A stretch of DNA of 64,000 bases from the NCBI RefSeq assembly GCF_036971445.1, contig NC_091475.1:151962001-152026000 (forward strand). The letters are read 5' to 3'. The stretch is from Narcine bancroftii (lineage: Eukaryota). The position numbers and the translations under genes are program-made. Under the pieces are notes generated by a model. It did no database searches. It had not been told where the DNA came from and saw only the letters and a program-made list of their open reading frames with translations. Of the stretch, positions 22,426 to 36,529 are shown one piece after another (position 1 is the first letter of the stretch; each line of letters opens with the position of its first letter).

Positions 22426-25400
22426 CTAATTTTTACCTTTACACAATGCTCCAAGTTCACACTATAACTGCAAATTGTGACTGAATGAGTGTGAATGACA
22501 TGCTAGTCCAAAAATGTGATGTTCCTTCTCCATATTTCTATTATTTTCCAATCCGACTAACACCTACAATATATCAAAAAAGTCTAATTTAAGTGATTGT
22601 GATCAAGAAAACCAAAATGTAATAGAAAAGAATATTTTAATTTTCCGTTGAAGTGATTTAAAGAACTGCTGTAGCAATCCTTGTAATACACAAGTTGGTT
22701 TGTGGCTATACAAAAGCAAAACTATAAATAGAGCTAAATCCTTCTATCTGCTGCAATAGCAGCTTTTGACCTGGAGAGGTTCCACAGCACAACATTTTGT
22801 TCTATTTGATACATCACCACATTAATAGAGAGGCTGCAGTACACTCAAACGCCATAGATTATGGTATTCAACTTTCATCCCATCAATCTACTTCTTAAAA
22901 AGGATGGGTGGTAGAAGAGACATGCATGCATAACATAATTTCAACAGTACCTGGACACTAGATTCTCAGATGGAAACCAGAGTTTAAATATTAACTGATC
23001 TTCAAACAAGTTTTATAAATAGGTAGTGAAGAACTTACAAAATTTATCAGTGGGTGAACAGCACAAGAGGTTCATCGTGCATTTTCAGTGTGAGCCTCAT
23101 GGGTTGCACATAAAAGGGTAGTCCTGGCATGTTGAACACATTCAAAGACATTTTTGTGGCTCACTCTGCAATGGCTGTCTTGCTTCACAAAGGGGATGGA
23201 ATGATCCATTCGGTCAATATGTTAAATGTTGTCATCACTCTTTATTCATCGTATTAGAAGTGCTTTTGAACACAAAACTTGATCCAGAAATTATATCACC
23301 ATGCAAAATGCATGGTGGAATATTGACTGGAAAACCAAATCACATTGGGAACTATTACATCATTCACAAAGTTCCAGAGGTCATGTCTGAATCAGCAATC
23401 ATGAATAGGGAGAGCTCTGTGCCAAAAGGGAGATTTTAAGGGATAGGGATTAAAATCCAGAGGTTGCGTGGGAGAAAGGTGGTAGGATTGAGGGCTCACT
23501 GGAGTGTGGGCATTGAGGGTTTTGAGGAAAACAGAAGGAGCAAGATTTTAAAAATTAATCTGCATCCCATTTGCTCCATATGCCAACGGAGCCCCTCTGC
23601 ATTTCAACAAAGCCTGTGCGATGTTTGGCCTCCTTGTGCACGAGTGGCTCTGGCAATACACCGGCCAGACACTCATGATGAATTTTGCGTAAATGGCTTT
23701 CATTTGATTAGATGGCTCTGCAAATATATACCGTAGGTCTCTCAGTGGATCAAGATCAAGAATCAATTTAATCAAAGAGCATGCCAGAACAAAACTGGAG
23801 ACTTTGAGAATGAAGCATTAAGTCCCAAAGTATTCAGTTTTCTTGTGGCAATTCTCTGCATGGTGCACATGCAAACAGAATTGCTAACCTAAGGTAACAA
23901 AATAGCAATGGTGCCAATAGATATGTTTACAGAGTAGACAGTTTAAAACGTGACAGCAAGGACAAAGGAAAAAAAATTGACTATATATTCAAATTAACTG
24001 TGGAGGAGCATACTGAAAACATACAAAAGATTATGAAAATATATTTGTGAGATTAACAACATTTATTTAACTTCCCATAATAGGAAAATTAGAAGGCTAC
24101 ACAGATATAGCAATGAACCAGAAAAACATTCCACGGCTTTATCACCAGTCTGTGATGTTTTATGCAAGACGTAACCATTTATATTCCATAATTAAGGAGA
24201 ACATCAGTGTACTGAAAAGTAGCTGCACGAGAAAGTGCTTGTCCCCTTATGTCTCATGTAGATTGCATTTTAAGTCCTTTCTCAAGGGAATTCTGGTGAA
24301 TAGCTGTTGGCGAGGTTGCAGTTTCATTAACAGAGAAACAACAATGTTTCCAAGCAGGAGTTACATGGAGGGTATCCACGTGGAAACAGCAGCCTAACAA
24401 AATTCATCTGTAACGGCTTTAAAGTGATCCCAATCACCACGGAGATACTGTCATTCTGTATTTCATGATGGGCAGTCACCACACTGGTCCCATCAGCAAC
24501 TCCAATTTTCCATGTCCAGTTAAAAAACAATCCCATCCTGTCTAACAGCTGCTGGCCTATATTTTCAGTAAAATAATTCTAATGAAATGATGATGACAAT
24601 TATTTCAAATGAGGTGCATGCATGAAGTCAAGCACTTTGAAAGGAGTTTCCTCGACATGAACATGCCCCTTCAATCACAGCACGCATTACTGCAGTGCTA
24701 AGAAAATCTCTGGTACACTCAAGCATGAAGGAAAAGCAGCACAGTATCACTTTGTCATGCAGTTGTCCCTCTCAGCTATTGTTATCAATCCCTGGGCACA
24801 AAGGCAGGTATTGTCTGTTCAGGGCAGTGATAACTTTGCAATTTGTCACATTTTTCACAACTTAAAATTTCTTCAATAACATGAAAAATATTTGCTGCTG
24901 CTGTACTTTAAAAAATGTTCATTAGAAATGCAGAGTACACATTTTAAAGAATCGATACTTATCCTTGCTCAAAATTGGCCTTTATTTTAACTTGTCTAGG
25001 TACATAAATGCTTTCAACATCATAGCTGAGGAAATTCAAAATTCAGAAATATCCTGTCAAACCATCATAATAGAACTTTGTCAGAACATTATTTGTCTCT
25101 GTATATTAATCTCAGCCGAGATTTCATAGTAAATATGATCAAATTATTAATTCCCATTTGGTGCTGCTCTGGTCATTCCTTGCCAAGATGTTTGAATATT
25201 GGCCAAAAAAAAAGTGAGGAAACAGTCAGTTAGGGCTTTGTAAGCATTATCAAAGTGAAAGTCATATAAATAGTCTGGTCAGATCAGAAAACCACTATGT
25301 TATAGCTGGAATTAATTAGCTAAGCATGTAGGCACAGAGCTATCAGCAGAAATTATCCAGAGAATAGCAGGATGCATTTTGTGGGAGAGCATGATAGCTA

Positions 25401-25913
25401 CCTACTATTGACAGGTATATTACAATATTACATTGAAAGGAAAGGAGGAAGACTGGCTGAGATGGAAGGAGATGAGCACAAGACACAACATATACCACTT
25501 AAACTATCACAACCTAACAAACTGCGACAGTCACACACCAGGCTCTTCCTGTGCTACCCCATATGTACCACTGGAGGGCTACGTTTAGTTGCTTGCCAGA
25601 GGTTAGACATTAAAGGTTAAGAAAGGTTTCATTATTAACACAAAATACTACATTTAGAATGCAACATGCAGGAAATTCTTTAACTTTGTCTACCATCTGA
25701 ATATGATTTAAAAAATCTTCCATTAAGATTGCCTGTAAAAGGTTCAAAAATCCTGGTGTTACAAACCATAAATCCTTTTGTATCATTCAGAAAATATATA
25801 GACTTTGTATGAGTGGGTGTTTATGTCACAACTTCAATCAAGACCACATCCCACAATGAAACCTTGAGAATAGAATGAAAATATTCCCATTAATATCTTC
25901 ATTTACATATAAT

Positions 25914-26160
25914 GGGCGGCATGGTTGGCGTAGCGGTTAGTGCATTGCCTTTACAGTGCCAGCGAACGGGACCGGGGTTTGAATCCTGCACTGTCTGTAA
26001 AGAGTTTGCACGTTCTCCCCGAGTCTGCGTGGGTGTTCCCCAGGGGCTCTCGTTTCCTCCCACCCTTCAAAACCTACCGAGGGTGTTGGTTAATTGGGTG
26101 TAAATTGGGCAGCATGGGCTTGTGGGACGAAGTGGCCTGTTATGTCTAAATTTAAAATTT
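25914..26160 (+). mobile_element. tRNA-derived V-SINE (HE1-like)
   Basis: A box TGGCGTAGCGG (25926-25936), B box GGTTTGAATCC (25976-25986), V-domain gagtttgcacgttctcccc...gtttcctcccac, CR1-like tail. Confidence 0.9.
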
Positions 26161-26359
26161 TTAATCATTTAACAACAAAATGTTCTCTCTCTTGCCTGAC
26201 AAAACCCCACCCTTAAACACCTCTTTCACTGGCTCAGCTTCCTCACCAATATTCCAAACTTCAATCACGGAACTAAGATATCAAATTCTCCTAATATACG
26301 TCAATCTTTGGAGTTAAAGAAATTATTCATTTCTGGTTTAGTTTAAAATTACTCAATCT

Positions 26360-29300
26360 CAAGGAAGAGAAGTAGAAGACAGAAACCCAAGAGCAGACAC
26401 AGAAGAAGAAGGAGAACATCAAGCTCTGCACAGAGGAAGGAGGTAAACTGAATGTCAGTACATAGATTTAAAAAAATTTCAAGAATATATGGAAGCATTA
26501 AAAGAATGGCTGACACGGGAATTTAGTGAAATAAAAAGAATGAAAAATACAGAAAAAGTGAGTAGATTAGAGCTGGTCATAACAGAAATAGGGAAAAAAT
26601 TAGACAAGGTGCAAGAACGAGAAACAGCCATAGAAATGGAAGTGGACGACTTAAAAAGAAAATTGGAAGCAACTGATAAAAAAAGTTAAAAAAAGCACAG
26701 GAGTTGTTAGCTCATAAGATGGACATAATTGAAAACGAAAATAGGAGAAACAATATAAAGATAGTGGGCCGTAAGGAAGATGAAGGAGGCAAAGATATGA
26801 AAGAATTTATAAAAGAATGGATCCCCAAGGTCCTGGGAATGCCAGAAATGCAGGAAGGAATGGAAATAGAAAGGGGACTCAGAACATTAGCCCCGAAACC
26901 ACAGCCACAACAACAACCAAGATCCATTTTAGTAAAATTCCTGAGATATACGACAAGAAAAAATATATTGGAGAAGGCAATGAAAAAAATGAGAGAAGAC
27001 AAAAAACCACTGGAATACAAAGGTCAAAAAATTTTTTCTACCCAGACATAAGTTTTGAGCTCCTGAAGAAGAGGAAGGAGTTTAACGCAGCAAAATCGAT
27101 CCTATGGAAGAAAGGCTATAAATTTATGTTAAGATATCCAGCGGTGCTTAGAATAGTTATCCCGGGGCAGCAAAGCAGACTGTTCTTGGATCCGGAGAAA
27201 GCACGAGAATTTGCAGAATGCCTGCAAAACAGAAAGAGAGATGAAGAGATGTAACAAGAACAAAGGATGATGACAAACTTCATATAAAGAAGAAAAATAA
27301 TGTATAAGTATGATCTAAGGAGGGGAAGAAAAGGGAAGAAAGGAAGTAAGGGGAGAATAAAGAGGGTGAGCTTTGATATATGTGAAGATAAAAGTCTTTT
27401 CTGGAGGGGGTTGGGTGGGAGAGAATAACAGTCACTGCGAAATCAGTTGATGATTGCAAGCGGGTTCGCAATCCAAATGGAGAGGGGAGTTGTGGTTGCC
27501 CAGCAAGGGACAAGGGGAAAGTCAGAAAGGGGGGAGACATTTCGGGTTAAGGGAATTTTAGATGTGGGAATAGTGGAAATATTTTATGTTTTAGAAGTGT
27601 TGTCTTACAGTGTGTTCAAAAAAAGAAAACAGAAATGGATAAGGAGGAAAGGTGGTGATGAGAAGCGGAAATGTGGATTTCACAAAGTTTAAGAAAGAAT
27701 CACCATTTAAATGGCAAACACAAGCAATCCGATACCTAGGTATTCAACTAGATAATAATCTAGGGCATCTATACAAATTAAATTATCAGCCATTAATGAA
27801 GAAATTACAAGATGACTTAGAACATTGGAAAGATTTACCACTAACACTGATAGGAAGGGTAAATTGCATTAAAATGAATATCTTCCCAAGGATACAATAC
27901 CTATTTCAATCGTTACCAATTCACCTAACATAGAAATTCTTCAAGGAGCTAAAGAAAATAACAAGGAAATTCTTATGGAAAGGGGGGAAACCGAGGATAG
28001 TGCTAGATAAATTAACAGAATGGTACAAACAAGGGGGCTTACAGCTACCAAACTTTAAGAATTATTATAGAGCCGCACAATTAAGATACCTATCAGATTT
28101 TTATCAAACTAGGGAAAAACCAGATTGGACCAGATTAGAGCTAGATAAAATAAGGGAGAAGGTACCTGAACATATACCATATAAGTGGGATGAAAAGCTG
28201 GTGCAACATAGGAATTCACCAGTACTGCACCATATGCTCAACATTTGAAAGAAGATTCACGTAGAAAGGAAAAAAAACAAATTATCAACTACCAAAATTA
28301 ATAGTGATGCAAAATCAACTAATCCCTTTCACAATAGATAACCTTTCCTTTAGAGAATGGGAGAGAAAAGGGATCAAAAGAATAGAACATTGTTTTTCGG
28401 GAAATAAATTATTATCTTTTGAACAAGTGAAGTACAAATATGGTATAACTCACGGTACAATGTTTGCATACCACCAAATAAAAACCTACTTGAAGGACAA
28501 ATTGGGAAGCAGGGTGAGGTTACCAGAAGGAAGCAGTTTTGAATATGTGATTACAGACACAATAATAATTAAAAGATTTATAACAAACATGTAGATCAAA
28601 CTGCAAGAGAAAGAGAATGATGAGATAAGCTGTAAACCCAAACAAATGTGGGAACAAAATCTAAACATAAAGATAAAGAATAAAACATGGGAAAAGCTAT
28701 GCTCCGGAACTATGAGAAATACAATAAACACGAGGTTACGCATGATACAATATAATTGGTTACCACGCCCCAAAAGTTAAATAAATGGGACCCAACAGTA
28801 TCAGATAGATGTTTTCGCTGTAAGAAGGAAACAGGAACAACAGTGCATGAAATTTGGGCATGTGAGAAAGTGGAAAAGTTTTGGGAAGATCTAAATAGGT
28901 ATTAAATAAAATCACAAAAAATAACATACCAAAAAATCCAGAGATCTTCCTTCTAAGTAATATAAGAAGTAAAGAACTTTGCCTCGATTTGGATGAAGCA
29001 CAAAAGAGATTTATTATGATAGCCTTAGCAGTAGCAAAAAAATGTTTAATGTCAACCTGGAAATCAGAAGATAGCATGAAAATGGTACATAGAAATGAAT
29101 AAATGTATTCCATTGGAAAAAAATAACATATAATTTAAGAAATAACATCACAGTATTCGAACAAATTTGGGAACTGTACATGGAACACAACAGAGAAGTC
29201 CTACCGCGGACCTCCACCACCTAAAATTACAGAATGAGAAGAAGACGAAATAAACTGACCCAGTGTGTAAAATTAGATGACACAATTTTCTTGTTTAATT

Positions 29301-29505
29301 TAATTGTGTGATGACATAGTTTAATGGGTTTAATGTATTGAATATGTTGAACGTTTAGTGGGTGGGGAGGGGGGGGTGGGAAGGAGGGAGGGAAGGGAGG
29401 GGGAAAAAGGGAGAGAAAATTACACTGTGTATATTCAAGAAGGAAATGTTTATGTGTATTTGTCAATATGGTTCATAGTGTGAAAAATAAAAACATTTTT
29501 AAAAA
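26360..29505 (+). mobile_element. L1-clade LINE with ORF1 and internally deleted ORF2
   Basis: ORF1 fragments, then a jump near 27670 to post-RT ORF2 (DFTKFKKESPF, YLGIQL, GGLQLPNF), 3'UTR and tail. Putative TSD core CTCAATCT at 26352-26359 and 29512-29519. Confidence 0.93.
26489..27254 (+). pseudogene. L1 ORF1p (coiled coil-RRM-CTD), frameshifted
   Basis: Coiled coil followed by ENENRRNNIKIVG, EIERGLR, PRSILVKFLRY, FFYPDISFELLKKR, LRYPAVLRI, spread over three frames. Confidence 0.88.
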
Positions 29506-31134
29506 GTTGTTCTCAATCTGTGAGACTCATTTGTGGATAAAAACAGCACCTTCAAAGTACACTTTATTTGACAAATAATATTTTATCAAGTGGACTAAAT
29601 GCATTAGCGCTCAAACCAATTTGCACTTTTGCACAAATCCACATTATCCATGAAATATTTTGCTTTCTGGACACTGTCTTTCTCCCTCAAGAATAAATAG
29701 ATTAATTTGACAAGCTCATAATATAAAAAGTCATATTATTGATCATTTTTTTTATTAAAGGCAAACTTAAGATACAAGTACTCACAAGTGGTAAGACTTC
29801 AGTACTTCTGTTATATTGTGTACTTACATATGTGCTGTTATGGCTCTGTGTTACTTGGGATGCTTCTTAAATAACTTAGAGATCCACGTTTCAAATAAAA
29901 AAAAGAGACTTTACTTATTGATGTCTTCCACCATCTCAGGAAACTGTACACACACTCACATATGCATATGCCCCACAGTGGTGAACTACAGTTACGATAG
30001 TGAGAAGGATGTATATTTACGCGGTTACAAAATAGTACACATTATCCTGACTATATAACATATGTGCTGCATATTACTGCAACATATTGTATATTATAAA
30101 TATGGACCTAAGAGGAAAGTTGTCAATAATTTAGACCAATTTAGCAATTTTCAACACTATACATTTCTGAATCAGAATAATTTCCAAGATTATTTGTTAA
30201 GATTTCCTACTTGCTTTACTTCCATTTTACATCACTGTAAGGTGGCCTTTTTAATGTCACCCAATTTCTTTCAAAATCATGTTCTCATAAACTGTGTCTT
30301 CCTGTAATGCTCTTTTGCATTTCAGGTAGGTTTTCTGAGCAAGTTGGAATATTGGAAATTTTCAGCCAGTCCAAAACAAAACCTGTCAGAAATACCTTCA
30401 ATGCCCAGGTGAATGGATGGAAAAAAACACTGATGCATGATAAAATTCAATGAGATTGCGGCAAGGCACAAGAACTGAGCATAGACTTGGAGGGTAGATT
30501 GTGATCTGGAATCAGTCAGAAATATCTAGTAAGGAAAAATGGAAGTCATTTAGATCCATACTGTCTGTATGAAGGGTGCAAATGGTGATAGTGTGCAGAC
30601 TAAATGACTTAACCATGTGGTTCATTGGATAAATTACTTCAATACAACAATTTACTTGGTTACATTTTTTACCACAAAAGGGCGATGCCTGAAACTTGCT
30701 GAATGATTAACTGTTTTTCTTATTTTAAACTGGAAGGCGACTGTTGGTATTTCCAAGGAAGTGTAGACCATGTCTGTTTTACATGTTACTATTGCACATT
30801 AAAAAGGGACTGGAGAAGATAATAGTACCCTGAGAACCAGTAGTCATCTAAAAAAAAATGTTCATGTTCTTAAAGCTTATAAAGAGTCAAAGTGGGAGAT
30901 TCTGCATGGGTCTCAATGGACCATATTTCTAAGATTGAGGCCTTGCTCAATTCAAATTAATTTTCCCCAATCAAAATTTGCAAAAGAAAAAGCAGAAAGA
31001 CTGCAAGGAGTAAGCTCTGACTACGACACAAGCCATCTGGCCACAGTCAAAACTTGGGGATTGTTCTGATTAATGCCAGGCAGCACACCAATGGCATCAT
31101 GAAGAAAGCCTCTACTTCCTCAGGAGTTTGCAGA

Positions 31135-31232
31135 GGAGCTAGTGGAGTTGTTCAAGTGAACCGGTACGGACTTGAAGGGCCGACATGGCCTGTTTCCATG
31201 CTGTAAACAGTTATATGGTTATATGGTTATAA
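31135..31232 (+). mobile_element. CR1 3' tail with (GGTTATAT)n terminal microsatellite
   Basis: gaagggccgacatggcctgtttccatgctgt followed by gttatatggttatatggttat; abuts a Rex1 fragment at about 31060-31135. Confidence 0.65.
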
Positions 31233-32179
31233 GGTAACTGAGGCCCCTAACAGAAAAACCAAATGATATTAGTATATATGATTGAGGACAGGTGGGGTAG
31301 CACTTATAAAGTATTTCATCGTTGCAACAGAAATCACAAAAGATTAAAACACATAAAGGACTCAAGAGATTTAGCAGGACATGTTGAGTTCAGTGGCCAG
31401 GATATGTCTGAAGTGCTAAATAAAACTTTTGCATCTGTTTTCACTACTTAAGGTATTGCTGATGCCAGATGTTTCTCTCATTAATTTGAGTTCTTAAATC
31501 AGAAATGTGCCTATAATTTGTACCACAAAGAAAAATGTAGATTAAAATGTGGACTGGACAGAGCAGCGGTTTTTCTTGTTCATGCATTGTCTACAGCAGT
31601 AAAATTATTTTGTGCATTGGGCCTAATGCACTGTGAGTGAAAGTGCAGGCCTTGTTAATTCACTTCAAAATAATTTGTCTGCCAATTTCCACTCTGCAGA
31701 GTCAGGAAATCCGCAGGTATAGACCCATGGGAGTGAGTTGTGGGATAAGACGAGAGTAGGGAGATGAGAATAGGAACGATATTATAGGGAAATAAGACAA
31801 TTAATTGGGTCTAAAGTTGGCATTAGTTTTGGACCATCTGGAAAATGCACTGGGCAAGAATCAGTCGGAGAGAGATTGACAATTTGGGAGGGAGAAGAGA
31901 GCCTGAGCACTAAGAGTTAGCATGTAAAAATAATGGACTCCTTCAGCTACCTCACAAAAGCTCACACAAGTTTTGGTCCTTCTTAACTTATGCCAAAGCA
32001 TGACTTAATCATTCATTGTGCTTGTACACATGCACAACTGATAGCCGAACAGGCATTATCTACTGATTGATAACATGCCCAGCAGCCTTTGAACAAATGT
32101 GCATGTGCAATCAGAAGACTAGCATACAAATCAGAGAAATGTGCCACCGGGCTTTTGATAAAATTCAATTATGTAATAC

Positions 32180-33085
32180 ACAAAATCTTCACCTTATAGT
32201 TTTTGGCCCATGACTTGGCCTCCACAACTGCCTGTGGCAACAAATTACACAGATTTACCACACTATGCCCAAGGAACATCCTCCACATTTCTGTTCTAAG
32301 CAGATTCCCTTCAGTCCACCCTTGTCCTAGACCCTCTCACCGCAGGAAACAACTTTTCTACATCTGCTCTTTCCATATCAACATTCAAAAGGTTCCAATG
32401 AGATCCCGCTCATAGTCCTAAATTCCAACAAGTACAGGCCAAGAGCTGTCAAATGCTCCTCATATGGTAACCATTTCACGTAAGAAAGGCCAATACATTC
32501 CCTTTATTCCTGGAATCATCCTTGTGAACCTCTTCTGAATCCTCTCCAATGACAGCACATGCATTCTCAAATGAGGAGCTCAAATCTACTCACAACACTC
32601 CAGGTGAAGTCTTGCCAGAGCCTTGTAAAGCCTCAACATCACATTCCTACTCTCATCTTCCATTTTTCTTGAAATGGATGACAACATTGCATTTGCCTTC
32701 TTCACCAACTGACTCAATATGCAAGTTTACCTTCAGGCTATCCTTCATAAAGGCTCCCAGATCCCTTTGTATCTAAGTATTTTTAATTTTCTCTCCCATT
32801 TAAAAAAAGTCTGCCCATTTATTTTTTTCTACCAAAGTGCTTGACCGCACTTTCTGACATTGTATTTGAATTGCCACTTCTCTGCCCATTCTCCTAATCT
32901 GTCTAAGTCTTTCTGCAGCCTCCCTGTTTCCTCAAAACCAGCTGCTCCTCCACCTACTTGCAGATCATCTGCAAACTTGGCCACAAAACCACTCATTCCA
33001 TAATTCAAATCATTAATATACAAGATAAAAAGAAGCAGCTCCAACACCAACCCCTGTGAAAAACCTCTATTGCAGTTTTGCATCT
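32180..33085 (-). mobile_element. CR1 LINE 3' portion
   Basis: SQGLVLELLLFILYINDL, KFADDLQVGG, LQKDLDRLGEWAEKWQ. Confidence 0.9.
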
Positions 33086-33335
33086 GGAGCTCAGGTTCCC
33101 AATGGATTGAGCAGAAGTCTCTGTGACAGCAGGAGTGCTGGAGGTGAATCTACGGACACTCGCTGTCTCTGAAGGGGCTCTCCTTTGCTTCTCTTTTTCT
33201 TAATGTTAGGAGCACCAGAATATGCTCATGGCAACTCGTTTGCCTTACTGCAGACAAAAGTTGAAGTACATCATGTATATTGCATTTTTATGTATTATTA
33301 CATGACAATAAAAGGAACATTGAACCTTGAACCTT
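33085..33335 (+). repeat. Unclassified SINE-like repeat with Rex1-type tail, copy 2
   Basis: gaatctacggacact..tgtctctgaagggg...tgacaataaaaggaacattgaaccttgaacctt. Confidence 0.55.
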
Positions 33336-34479
33336 AACGGGCATCAAGATGTCAATGTTAAGTATCAGATCGAGTAAATCAACTAAAGCTGACACTGACA
33401 CACAAGTAAGAAATTAAGTGAGAGGACTAAAATCAGGTAGAAAGTGATAGACAGGTTAAGTGAATGCTCAGAGGTCTGGTAAATAGAGCACAATGTGGGA
33501 AAATGTGAACTTGCATTATCATGACAGGAAAACAAATGATCTAAATTGTAAAAAAAAACTACTGAAGTTTGAGAGAGGGGGAGCTAGTTTCCCAGTGGGT
33601 GATCAGCTAAAGGCTAGAGTATGGGCACAGCAAACAATTTTATGTATTTATTTACTCTCAAAGGGAATTGGATACAAAAATTGGGATGTTTTGCTTTAGT
33701 TATGCAAGGCATTGCCAAGATGCTTTGAAGAAGGTGGTATTGAAACTATTTAGATCAGATAAAAATAACAATCAAGAAGAAAATAAATTGTGACTAGGTA
33801 TGGAGAAAGGATAAAATGACACTGAGAAAATAAAAATAATCCACTCAGCCTTTGAATCTACCTCATTATGGGTGATCAGGGTACATGCACAGTGAAAACA
33901 TGTATTTGAATCTTGGAACCTCCCAAATGTGCAGATGCAGGCAACTGCAGATCCTGGAATGTGGAGCAAAAAAGGAGAATGTGGAACAAATTGCTAAAGG
34001 AACTCAGCCATCAAGCAGCATCAGTGCAGGGTGGGTGGGCAGGGAGAAAAGGGGTGGGGGATGGTTTGAGAAGAGTGGGCGATTGGAGAAAAGGGAGGGC
34101 AGGGGAGTTGGAGAAAAAGTTATTTCTGCCTGGAATTTATTGCCTGAACCACCCCCCGCCCACCCCACCCTCGCCAGCCTCTTTGAATTCTCTTGATCGT
34201 TTTACTATAAGCCTTCCCACACTTAACTTCATCCCTGCTTCCTTGCGAAACAAATTTTCTGGGAGCCACATCCCTTTAAACTCCTCTTTCACGCAGACCT
34301 TTTTTTTCAAGTTTAAAGAAAAAGCTCTTTACGCAATTCCGAAAACTGTCTTGCATGCAGCAATCACTTATAGAAACAGTAGGCCGTGAGATGGAAAGGA
34401 GGAAAGCAAAAAATAACGTACCTGGATTTATATACCCAGATCATTGCCACAAAACAAACAAGTTGACATCTTTAACATT

Positions 34480-34800
34480 ATGCAACGTCCATGACATCCT
34501 GAAGTACTGTTAGCCAGTGAAATAGTCACCAGTGCAATATGTGCATAGCAAAATCAAGCAATCACAATGAGATAATAACAAGACAATTATACTGCATAAA
34601 GTATACTACTTCTTTAAGACCACCACAGGACCCAGGAGGCAAATTTCCTCAGTGCAATGATTGTTCTGAAACAATGCTCTGCTGGCAATGCTCTCTCAGT
34701 TGAGCACTGTGGAAATCAGTAAAGGTTATGTACCTACGAAATGAGACTTGAACTCGCATCAATGCTTTGATATAACACCTCATTGAGCCAAGCCTTTACA
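34480..34800 (-). mobile_element. Ancient DeuSINE (SacSINE1-like), highly diverged
   Basis: Ordered blocks resembling the Deu-domain SINE as I recall it (acatcc..agccagtgaa..tagtcac, tgtgcatagcaa, caatgagataat, ctctctcagt..gcactg) and a B-box remnant gacttgaactc. Confidence 0.5.
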
Positions 34801-35399
34801 TCAGAACAGAGATATTCCAGTCTAACTTTTCATCAGGCCCAAAACTCTGCCGTTTTAGTTTAAACAAAGGGAAAACCAGTTCTCAAAGAGGTATTGAAAT
34901 GATTTTTGTCACATCTACTGAGATACAGTAAAAAGCTTTGTTTTGCGTGCTATTCAGGTAGGTTAACTCATACAGCATGTGGTGCAACAGTAACATAAAA
35001 AAACTGAACAACTAACTAAACAATGGTGTAGGGAGTAGTGAAACAATAAGTTAAATGTGCAGGGGACTTGCTTTAATGCTGCCTATTGCATAGCTCAAAT
35101 ATCACTGTATAAAAACTTGAAACCTCAAAAGTGTTAATGCTGCAGCTTAAAGACGAATCTTTCAAACAAACTTTGCTTAAAAGATAATCTGCCATATGTT
35201 CAACATTACAGTTCAGGACTATCTTATTTAGGAACAATGAGTCCCTGTATTTGTAATAGCTGAGTTTAGTGTTACAGTAGTAGAAAAAGGTGACCTGGTA
35301 TGAAACAGATGCAGAATCTATTAAGCACCACATTTATAAGAAATGAGCCACCACTCTTTTGGATATACTGTAACCACCAAATACTATGAAGAAATAGAT

Positions 35400-35660
35400 A
35401 TTAAAACATTTCAGAGAGACTGGAGGGGCAAACATTTAACTCAGTGCCTGGGCAATATTAGAACAATCTGCCAGAGGAAGTTGTAGATACAGATACAATA
35501 GCAATGTTCAAAAAAGCATTTGGACAGATATATGGATGGGAAATCTAAGAAGGATGATCTGAAATTCAGGCAAATGGGACTAGCCCAGAATGCTAATTTG
35601 GTCAGCATGGATGAGTTGAGCCAAAAGGCATGATAACTACTGTCCAATTCTTTAACTCCA
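35400..35660 (+). mobile_element. CR1 3' end fragment
   Basis: ctgccagaggaagttgtaga...catttggacagatatatggatggg...ggtcagcatggatgagttgagccaaaagg. Confidence 0.7.
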
Positions 35661-36529
35661 TTGCATTCAATAGAAATCAAAAACTGAGAAAAGCAAAATG
35701 TTTGAATTGAAATGGTATTTTTAGTATGCAGCACGTGTATAGAAGAAGTCCAGCTGAATAGATGAATTGTGGCTTCAAAAAAAAAATGAAGATATAACAC
35801 CTGAGAGCTGAATGTCAGTGTTCAGAAGAAAACATATACAGCATCTATAGAAAAGGGTATTAGAGAATATCACACAAAGAAAATATAATACAAAAAACAA
35901 AAGAGATTCTCAAAAAAAGTGAATTCATGCTTCATTAAATTGAAAGACCAGCCAGGGATTATAGTGTGACTGAAATATAATTGGTGTTTCAAAAGCACTT
36001 ATATCAAGGCATCAGTTGGAGACAACTGAAATAATAGTGATATGAAATTAGCAGACAAATGGATGAATAAATGACAAAGTAATTAAAATAAAAGAGAAGA
36101 GAAAAGGCCTATTTTTGAGTAGAGAGATCCCATAGAATGTGTAATGGGATTGGTGTCACTCATTGCATAATTAATGATTTGGGTTTAGAAACAAGTAGCA
36201 TGATCAAACTTAACACAAGATACTTAACTGGGCAGTGAAGAACACTAATTCACAATCCATCATACAAGACATCAGTAAACTTGCAGACCATTCTCTCAAC
36301 AACATTAATGCAACTGGAGGAGCACATCTGATGGGAAAAGGGGACTATTAGAATTGAACAATTCTCTGCATTTAGGATGCAGGATTAAAATTGTGAGAAG
36401 CCAAAGACAAGTTTTATTGTTGATTTATTTACAATTATTCCTATTTCTTGAAATATTGTTTGCCTTCTATAACTTTTGAACAGAGGTCCAAACAATTCTA
36501 TTTATACCACAGCAACCTTCAAACTTCAC

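Noticed and set aside
23464-24536. Short ORFs in the repeat-poor island
   Set aside because: No domain similarity or convincing splice sites; part overlaps a probable ancient LINE remnant.
25914-26000. Possible tRNA gene (A and B boxes), also near 60870-60915
   Set aside because: Continues into a V-domain and LINE-like tail with no cloverleaf; these are SINE heads.
33885-34389. ORFs of 103 and 158 aa
   Set aside because: Start in a Penelope-type terminal repeat and run through G/C tracts; no recognisable domain.
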